A DNA stretch of 63,889 nucleotides from Paraspadella gotoi. Lineage: Eukaryota; Animalia; Chaetognatha. Both the position numbers and the translations under genes were made by a program. The stretch spans positions 27,378,375 through 27,442,263 of the forward strand of contig CM119263.1 in NCBI GenBank assembly GCA_051294375.1. The letters run 5' to 3'. Under the pieces are notes generated by a model that saw only the letters and a program-made list of their open reading frames with translations, was not told where the DNA came from and ran no database searches. Positions 54,384 through 63,889 of the stretch are shown piece after piece. The stretch's first letter is position 1; the number at the start of each line of letters is the position of its first letter.

Positions 54384-57300
54384 TGCCATAGCTTATCCCC
54401 AAACTATACAAAGGGCGAATCCCGATTCCCGATCGACCGAATTTAATTATTTTTAAAAAAATTGTTAGCGTCTCCAACCGCCCACCACCTTCTACCTCCC
54501 ACCTTCCACCCCACCAAATATTCTACCCCCTTTATTTTCCACTTCCCCCCCTTCATCGGCCCGTCGATAGGAAAGGAGCAGGAGAGCAAAGAAGAATCAA
54601 TAAACGCCCAGAAATATGACTTACTTCTCTTTGTTTCCCTCTCTTTTTTCAAAAAAAGAAAAGGGGGACTCTCTCTCTTTCGTCACTCGTCGAGTTTAAT
54701 ACGGATCTTTCTCTCTGTCTCTCTCTCTCTCTCTGAAAGTTAGACATGTAAAATTAACTTAAAAATACGATAATTGTAAGGCGAATATAATTTTTTTTAA
54801 ATATTTAAAACTAATAAATAGACTAATCAAATAAAAACGGAAAAAAAGAAAAAAATGTTTCCCAAAATGCATTAAATAGTTATGTTAAAAGATTTGTTTT
54901 TGAATTCTATCATGACTAATGTCCAGCGAATTTTTTAAGGGAAATAATTTCTTATCCCTTCCCTTAAACCTTCTTCGTTTTTATTCCTTTATTTCCTTAT
55001 TTTTTAAGGGAAACGCGAATGTATTTTTTTTCTGGAATCCGCGGGAAATATTAAGATTTTGTCGGAATTTCGTCGGATTCGGATTCTCTTTCCCTTTTGT
55101 TTATGATCGACCCGGACGAGGATTTTGGCTGCGGTATCGCTAAGAGTTGCGATGGAGGTAGCAGCAGTGGTAGCGGCGGTGTAGAGATGAGAAGAGAGAG
55201 AGAGAAGAGAGAGAGTGAGGAGAGAGGGGGAGAGAGAAAGTTTGATAGGAGAGAGGATATAAGAAAAATTGATGGGTCAGAAAAATATAGTGAGACGGGA
55301 GGGGAGAGCTGAAATAACATTTTTTTTAAGAAATGAAGTATCCTTAAAAAGAAAGCGCAGGGATGGTTGGTTGGTGGTAAGAAGGAGACGGGGAAGATAG
55401 ATGACCTAGGATTGAGAGTNNNNNNNNNNNNNNNNNNNNNNNNNNNNNNNNNNNNNNNNNNNNNNNNNNNNNNNNNNNNNNNNNNNNNNNNNNNNNNNNN
55501 NNNNNNNNNNNNNNNNNNNNNNNNNNNNNNNNNNNNNNNNNNNNNNNNNNNNNNNNNNNNNNNNNNNNNNNNNNNNNNNNNNNNNNNNNNNNNNNNNNNN
55601 NNNNNNNNNNNNNNNNNNNNNNNNNNNNNNNNNNNNNNNNNNNNNNNNNNNNNNNNNNNNNNNNNNNNNNNNNNNNNNNNNNNNNNNNNNNNNNNNNNNN
55701 NNNNNNNNNNNNNNNNNNNNNNNNNNNNNNNNNNNNNNNNNNNNNNNNNNNNNNNNNNNNNNNNNNNNNNNNNNNNNNNNNNNNNNNNNNNNNNNNNNNN
55801 NNNNNNNNNNNNNNNNNNNNNNNNNNNNNNNNNNNNNNNNNNNNNNNNNNNNNNNNNNNNNNNNNNNNNNNNNNCTCTCTCTCTCTCTCTCTTTGTTTGA
55901 GAATGCTTAAGATTTGTTGTTATATTTCATCGCGAATACGAGGCTCGTACATTTCGCTCCCAATCCTCACTTTAACGTCTTCAATTTCTGATGAATGCAA
56001 CAAAAACAAACTCTTTATTTAAAAGAATCTAATAAAAAGTAGTATATTAAACTCGGAAAGTGACAATTCTTTTTATCTTTTATTCCTTTTTTAATTTTAT
56101 ATTTTCTTCTCGAACTTTTTTTTTTTGGATTCGACGCCCCTCTGTGATTCGGGCGAGGGCGATAAGAAAAATCTTGTCCAGGTTGTTGTTGTCTTAAAAC
56201 TTCAAACAAAAGAACGAACCAGATTTTTTTTATTTTCTTCAAAAAAAAAGAAAGAAAAAAGAAAAAGAAAAATCTCGCATCGTTTTCAGAAAGCGAAACT
56301 TCATAGAGTAGAATAGTATGTTTTTTGTTAATTATAGTAAAATATAATAACATAGTATATTGTAGAACAATATTGGCTTTTTCTAAATTCTATGTAACCA
56401 AATTTTAAAAATGGATTAATAATTGCAAACAAATTTCTAAAATTTGCTTTTAATTGGACATTAACACTACGTTTACTAAGGCGTCCACACTTAAACAATA
56501 ATGATTTTTTTACATTCTCTTAAGATCATTTTAATAGAATTAAAAACCCAATTCTGGAATTATTATATATAAACAAGGATTTGAAAAAGAAACAAGTTAA
56601 GATTTTTTCCTGGATTTTCTTTTTCATCCTTTTTAAATCTTCCAACAGAATATCTTCGTCTCTAAAAAAAGGTTTTTTTTGGCGAGAACAAATACATAAT
56701 TTAACGGAGAAGAGAAAATAAAATAGGATCAAAAGAAAAGTGGAGAAAGAGAAGCAGAGATTACCTCTCTATTTTTCAATGACCCTTAAATTCTCTCCTC
56801 CAATTCTGTAAATAAACTAAATAAAAAACGATCGACTCTTTAAAAAAAAAGTATATTTGTTCTAAAAATCGAGTTGATTTTCCGCCTTTCGATTCCCTTG
56901 TTTTCGATCTAAACATTTTCAGCGTTGACTCCGACCCATAAAGAGAGAGAGAGAGAGAAGAGAAGAGAGAGAGATGAGAGAGAGAGAGAGGGAGAGAGAG
57001 TAGAGAGAGAGAGAGAGACAAGTCAGTGTGAGCCATGAACTTTCCCTCATAAAATGGTTTTTGTTTACCAAAGTTAAAGTGAAGGAAAATAAACAAAATG
57101 GTGGACGCGGTCCGAATCCGGCCGAGGATTTTTGATCGTCGCCGGTCGACGTGCTGTTTAATCCTTGTTTTAAGTTTAATGTTTAATTCTCCCAAATGTT
57201 TTTATGATAAAGTCTGAACAGTTAAATTCTTTTGCGATTTATTTTTCTTTCAAACGGAATTGATCGTGGCACGATTTGGTTTTCTTTCGAAGTAAATTAA

Positions 57301-57980
57301 TACTTTTATAATTTGACCAATCGTTTACCCCATCCATGAGTTCTATTCCATTCCCCTTGTTGCCCCAGTACTTAAAATCCCCACCCGGGCTAACACCCCC
57401 CCTACACCCTCCATACATAACCTTTTAAAAGGGTTTCCCGGTTCCCCGTCGACACAGCGGTTTCGTTCAAACGCCACAACAGACACGCGCCCCCACAGTG
57501 AAACGAACCACCACAACATTCTCCTTTCTCGCCCATATGACTGGCCCACATTTTAAGGCTGAATCGAAAGGAATTTTTCAGGAGCTACACTACTTATTAT
57601 TTTTAATCAAATAATGTATCCTAAAGAAAAGAGAAGAATTCAACCATAATAATTTCAATTACTTTATTATTATATCTACTGTGTAAGAGAGAGAGAGAGA
57701 ATTTTTATCTGCGAAGGAACAACAGGAAGAGAACTATTCCCGATTACGTCAGGGTTGTTAACAGGGTTGCTTTATTGATCCTAATCGGGGAGTATATCTT
57801 TCAGGCCAGATAGAGAGCGAGATCCTTCGATCTGTCTCTCGCCTTCTCTCTCTCTCTCTCTCACTTTGTTGGGAAGAGAATAAACAAATGAATTCTTTGC
57901 TTTCCCAAAAGGTCAGAAAACACAAAAGAAAATTTCGGGAAAAAAATTAATGCTTCCTTTAAAAAAAATCGGTTGCGGTC

Positions 57981-58016
<36 letters not shown>

Positions 58017-59761
58017 NNNNNNNNNNNNNNNNNNNNNNNNNNNNNNNNNNNNNNNNNNNNNNNNNNNNNNNNNNNNNNNNNNNNNNNNNNNNNNNNNNNN
58101 NNNNNNNNNNNNNNNNNNNNNNNNNNNNNNNNNNNNNNNNNNNNNNNNNNNNNNNNNNNNNNNNNNNNNNNNNNNNNNNNNNNNNNNNNNNNNNNNNNNN
58201 NNNNNNNNNNNNNNNNNNNNNNNNNNNNNNNNNNNNNNNNNNNNNNNNNNNTCAACCCGCCTCGTTTTCAAAATCTAATTTTATTTTATGAGGCCATCAT
58301 TTTTTTCAAAAGTTTTATTTCCTCGTTAGTTAGACTCGCCGCGTTTTCTCTAAATCTCTGAAGACGTTTATATAGGCGCGAATTTTTTTTTTCTTTTTTT
58401 TTTCGGAAGGTAAAATAATTTTTTTGGTGAAGCCGTTTTTTGAGGAAGTAAAATATTTTTAGGAGAGGCTACTCCTTTTTTTTCGGAGGCTATGTTATTT
58501 TTTTTTATCGGGGGGGTGAGAGTGAAACTATTTCTTTCACACGACATTAAAAATACTTGTTTGCTAAAAAAAAAATAATAATGCCAAAAAGAACATCTTG
58601 GGAAAATTTGTAAGGTGGTGTAGTTTCAGAAGTAACTGAAATATTTTTGAGAGAAAGAGGAGTGAGATTTAGTGCAAAAAGAGAGAGAGAGAAAGAGAGA
58701 GAGAGGGAGAGAGAGAGACTGTGTGTTTAGGTATCGTTAATGTGAAAGGTGATGAATTTTGTATTTAGGTTGGAACCGTAATGAATTTAAAGATTAAACT
58801 TTAAAAGGAGAGTGAGAGAAATTGGATTCCTCGGAATTCATTTCTTTCTTTTTTCTTTCTTTTCTCGACGAAAGACCCTTTCACATTTTATTAAGGAATC
58901 GTGGAATTCGCTCGCCTCACACGTGAGTGGCGAAAGTTAGAGAGAGAGAGANNNNNNNNNNNNNNNNNNNNNNNNNNNNNNNNNNNNNNNNNNNNNNNNN
59001 NNNNNNNNNNNNNNNNNNNNNNNNNNNNNNNNNNNNNNNNNNNNNNNNNNNNNNNNNNNNNNNNNNNNNNNNNNNNNNNNNNNNNNNNNNNNNNNNNNNN
59101 NNNNNNNNNNNNNNNNNNNNNNNNNNNNNNNNNNNNNNNNNNNNNNNGAGAGAGAGAGAGATTGCAATGTTTCGCTCCATTTCGCGTCTCAAGTCTCAAC
59201 GCTTTTTCTCGCGCCATCGACACGAATTTAGCGCCTTTTTTTCGCGCGACTTCCGGCAGCCGCGCCACCTAGTAGTAGACGGCAAACGGCGCAACCACTT
59301 AACGGCGCTACTTTCTTTAAAATCGGATCTCACCACCTCGGCTCACTCACCCACTTTAACACTTTTCGCCTTCCCTCGCCCCTCCCCGCCTCCAACCATC
59401 GATTAAGGAACGTTTCCCTTTTTTCAAAAAATCCATCAAAAGATTATTTTTCTCTTTTTTTTTTGTTCTTTTGTTTTAACTTTTTGGTTTCTTTTTTGTC
59501 ATTGATGCTGTCGTTGACATTTCACAGCATCAGCTTTGAAAATCTAAAAATTTTTATTACTCAAATTTTTTTTGGTACAGTCTTTTTAAACATATTTAGT
59601 TGTTTAGAAAACTCGGTTTAATTTGAATGTTTTCTTCTTATCGGCGTAAATTTTGTGGTTAGAAAAGTCGTTAAATTATTTCACAATCAAAATAAAGTTT
59701 TTATGTAACGAGTTTTGATTGAAGCTGATATCTTAACGCGTTTTATCAATTAACGACTCTC

Positions 59762-59794
<33 letters not shown>

Positions 59795-60296
59795 NNNNNN
59801 NNNNNNNNNNNNNNNNNNNNNNNNNNNNNNNNNNNNNNNNNNNNNNNNNNNNNNNNNNNNNNNNNNNNNNNNNNNNNNNNNNNNNNNNNNNNNNNNNNNN
59901 NNNNNNNNNNNNNNNNNNNNNNNNNNNNNNCACATTTCTCTCCTTTCTACCCGTCAAATTACGCGCGCAAAAAGGGGAAAAAATTTTCCCCTTCCAAGAA
60001 CAAACATAAAAGAAGTTTCTTTTTTATTCTTTCGCTTTTATTTATTTTTTTGTTTCTGACGAAGAAAGAATCGGAGAAAAAAGAAATTGGCAAAGAAAGA
60101 AGCCAAAGAAAGGAAGGAAAAAGAAAAGTAAAGGGATCAAAAAGGGAAAAAAAGGAAAAGAAAAAAAAAGGGAAACCGAGGCGTAAGTCGCTCGACCGAA
60201 AGAGAAACCATTAAATTGGAAGAGGAAAAAAATCTCCTGGTGGAAATGATGGGGTTGAGAATGATGGAGGTTGTGGAGGGGGAGATGATATAATAG

Positions 60297-60350
60297 ATGA
60301 TGATGATGATGATGAGGTTGATGATGATGAGGATGATGATGATTCTGATG
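60297..60350 (+). repeat. (GAT)n imperfect microsatellite
   Basis: Seen directly. Confidence 0.9.
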
Positions 60351-61949
60351 AAGAAGTAAGTAAAACGTATTAATTAGATGGTGAATCTGATGTTGACTCT
60401 CAGAAATGGAAATATGTTTATGCCATATGCGTTAAAATTTCAATATCAAACTTGAGATTAGGCGACGAAAACCATTAACCGCTTCCCGCTTTTTAGAGAA
60501 CCTTCTTTAAGTCAGATCCTTCGCCCCAGGCTTTATTTCAAGTTACATCCCTTTCTCAAATCCAGTGGCGCCTGTTAAGTCAAATAAGAATCCCATCGGC
60601 GCCTTCCGCCTGTCATCGGTAGCTCAAGGCGCGTAACTTGGTTCCTGTGTTTCGTCCAAGTTAAAGATAGGCTCGTCGAGAGATGACAGTGTCATACAAG
60701 ATGTCATACAGGTCGAGTAGGTCTTCAAGGAATGTCATTCACTGAGTCAATCGTCGGGTCAAGTGTGTCATCACAAAATGTAATTCACTAAGTCAACTCA
60801 TGGGTCAAGAGAGTGATTTTCATCGCGCGTGCTTTCAGTGAAATTCCTTGACTGGAGGAGTATTAAGGCAAACTTAAGAAGTAGTGGTGAATAAATATTG
60901 GGGGAGTTCCGATATTTTGATCGTTCTTCTTGAGCAGGGGGATAATTGTTCTTAGAGAACTGAAACCCCATCTCTGGATAATTGAGGTCAAGTTATTTGA
61001 CTCTCTCTCCCCCTTTCTATTTGTCTCCCTCCCTAGTAAGTCTCGCGTGTAAAAGAAGAGAGATCATCTCAGCGTCCAACTTCATTGTCGTTTTTTTTCT
61101 GCCTGCTTACCCCGTCATTCGTTTTCACGCCATTCCCCGCTTCGCTCTCGAACCAATTGATTAGGGGAGCGAGAAAGAAATAAAAAAGAAAGAAAGAAAA
61201 ATAATTCCCCGAAAAAAAAAGGAAAAAAGATTGTGTGTTCGAAAAATTTTTTCCTCGTTAGATGTGAGGAGTAAAAATGTTCGCTGGGGAAATTTTCGCG
61301 ATATCTCCTACGAAAAACAGGATTCGTATTCGCTCAAACACAGAAGTGGCACAGAGTGGCGCGAAATGTGGCGCTACATGGTGGTCCACGACTAAAAATC
61401 GGCGGAGTGGAAAAAGTGGTCTAAAACTATTATAGACAAACGTGTCCATTTTTGTCTTGACAGACTAGAAAACCACCTTGTTATTGCATACGAAGAGCTC
61501 AGAATATAATAGCAGCCACACATTGCGTGGAACATATTATACGGCGAGACGAAGATACAGGTGGGATGCGTGTGGGGTAAGAGCTAGTGCAAGTGGTTTA
61601 TTCGGATGGGGCTTCTGGTTGGTTTTGCGAGTTAATTAGGTCGCATATACGAAACCCGAAGTTTTGATTGTCATGTAGTGGCGTTTTCCTTATTTAGAGG
61701 CGATAAAGGATGTTCAATTGGAACTATGGGGAGAAAAAGAAATTGAATTACGGAAATCTGAAAGCCAGATTCAAGGAATTTTGGGTCGAGGTTCGGTGAG
61801 TAATTTGGTGACAGGGTGTGGAACCATCAGCCTCTGGCATTAAACGTTCAAATTTGGGATCGTATGTGGATAACAAGGTCGGCCTCTCAATGAAGTTTAT
61901 GAAACTTTAATTTAAGCCTTTTTTAATATTAGATGTAATTTAAAAATTT

Positions 61950-62545
61950 GACGCTTCTAATCACTAATGTCAACTTTTTCTAATGGCATGATTATCCCGG
62001 AGGCGTCCTGAAATCTTTTGGTCTTTGCCACGGCTAGTGAGAAATCATTTTTAGAATGTCTTACGAATGGAAAAGACCTTTGCCATTTTTTCCAAGCATT
62101 TGTAAAACTATTGACGCTTGTGTTGACCAGTCACCATAAGTCAGGCCTGTCGTGCTCGAGAAAATGCAAGCTACGACGACACGACGACAGCACGACGAGC
62201 GACGCCTCCTCCGGAGATCTTGAACAAAGCAGCCTCCAGGCCAAAGATCTATGTTTTGTCGTTCAGGCAGCAGGGAAGGTCAATAATCTTCTTTGTTTTG
62301 TCGTTTGAAAGAGTTAGAATACAAGGGCAGGTCGGCAGAATGGCGAGGCATGTTGTTAAAAATTCATTTGTAGAATAGTGCTAAAAAGTTGATGGGAAAC
62401 TGGAAGCTTTTCCAAAATCTGATGTTGAGGTTGGGAGAAGTTGTAAATGTCACCGTCGATACGATTTTTGTCGAGTAAGAATTATGCCTGTCACCGAGTA
62501 TAGGTAAAGAGGAATTTGAGGCTGTGACGGTTTCTGGTTTAAAAT
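61950..62545 (-). mobile_element. Possible highly decayed non-LTR retrotransposon (CR1/L2-group ORF2 3' part) remnant
   Basis: Microsatellite-free, balanced-composition block. The minus-strand fragments SSLPILG, IRFWKSFQFPINFLALFYK, KTKKIIDLP and FSLAVAKTKRFQ occur in the order of the post-RT thumb/C-terminal motifs I recall for this group. They are interrupted by stops and frameshifts, and no RT core (YADD) is visible. Confidence 0.25.
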
Positions 62546-63701
62546 TAAATGGCGATAAAAATAATAAATTCAATAAACAAAATTGTAAAGAAGAGAGGAA
62601 AAAATAATTTATGGTTAACAAAGAGATGAAAAGTAGGAATCAAAAAGAGAGAGGGAAATCGAAAGAATAAAAAAAAGAGGAAAAAAACTTAGGAGATTAG
62701 ATGAGACAGAAACTGAGCACAAAGACAAAAGGATTGGAAAATTAAGGGAAAAAAAAGAGGAAAATATAAAAAAAACTCGGCGTTTGAACCGATAATTAGC
62801 GGAGAAGTGAGGCGGCAAGGATTCCGCCTTCGGATTCGCGTCAAATAATGGGCGGACGTTCGCGAGTAATATTTTCCCAGCGACGAAAAGACGTTGATGG
62901 TGTTAACAAATCAAACGGCGCAATAAATATCAGCGCAAATCGCCGAGTTTACGCAGGTCATAAACGTACAAGTTCTTTCTTTTCGGCGATGGCGGTCGTA
63001 ATTCAAGAAAGGCAAATAAAAGAAATGAGAGGAAAGGACACACGACTCGCACAGAGGGGAAAAAATGATGACGGAAGAGAAAAAGATAGTAAAATTTATT
63101 TGAAAAAAATAGAAGGAAGATAAGTAATATAAAAAGTGGGAGGAAAATAAAGTAATCAGAAGAAGAAAAGTGAAAAAGCTGATCATTGCGCTAGTTGCGC
63201 GGATTGCCCTTTTATTTATTGGAATCTACCGAATAAATGGATGAAAGAGAGTCGGGATCCAACAGACGTCAGAGAATGTGTTCGGAGGGCGCTAGGTTAA
63301 CTCTTTGTTAGAGAATACGATGGACGAGAGAGGATGGAGATGTGAAAGGAAGAGAATGAAAAAGTAATTAAGCGCGATGCTCTCTCTCTCTCGTCATCTC
63401 TCTTCATCTCTCTCTCATCAGGCATCCTTCTGGTTTCGACCCCGTATCGCGTTCTTGCTCTTTGTCTCTCTTCTCGTATCTTCTCCTCTAATTAGTCTTT
63501 GTCCAGTTCTTATCTCTCGGCTTTATTTTCTTTGTCTGATTTTTACAGACCGTTTTAGTGTCCCCTAACAGTGCCATGAATTCGCGGAAAAAAAATTTCC
63601 CCGTAGAAACAAAAGACACTCAAAGAGAAAACTCTCTTTTTTTTGTTGTTGTGGTTGGTTTTCTTCTTTTTTTCTTTCATTATTCTTGCCTCTGTTTTCA
63701 G

Positions 63702-63772
63702 ACCGCGGACTCCGATTCAGAGGAAGACTTGGGATGGCTTTGGAGGAGAAGCTCGCGTGATTTGGGGAAAAG
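63702..63772 (+). other. Candidate 71-nt exon with strong splice signals (product unknown)
   Basis: A long pyrimidine tract and TTTTCAG acceptor end at 63701, the body is purine-rich (GAAGA/GGAGAAG), and the donor AAG|GTGAGT is at 63773. No reading frame resembles Robo Ig2. Confidence 0.4.
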
Positions 63773-63889
63773 GTGAGTTTTTATTGCAGAGCTTTCGCAT
63801 CGCAGTCTTTATTATAACTCTTTTCTTTCCTTTTCAATCTTGCTCTCTGTTTTTGTTTTTTTTATAATTTCTTTTTATAGTAAAGATGT

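Overview
This is eukaryotic (bilaterian animal, probably invertebrate) draft-assembly DNA. It is very rich in (AG/CT)n, (GAC)n and (TTTC)n microsatellites and broken by many N gaps. The only well-supported gene is a plus-strand Roundabout (Robo)-family receptor: two GT-AG-spliced exons (45657-45841, 46211-46316) encode a complete Ig1 domain. That Ig1 differs from human ROBO1 at several Slit-contact positions. A candidate upstream exon end lies at 38044-38126 and a candidate downstream exon at 63702-63772. No Ig2 exon is visible in the called bases. The first ~27 kb is dominated by about nine whole or partial direct and inverted copies of one ~4.4-kb non-coding unit. The copies differ mainly by scattered 1-bp indels and are separated by gaps of exactly 25 N. 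The main fold-back centre (13151-13224) carries what looks like a degraded PacBio SMRTbell adapter. I therefore read this array, and two smaller fold-backs (~29-31.3 kb and ~46.5-47 kb), as long-read gap-filling artefacts rather than biology. I found no rRNA, tRNA, CRISPR array or intact mobile element, and I cannot support a claim of a new multi-gene system. The best biological leads are the divergent Robo Ig1 and a possible Ig1-only truncating exon.
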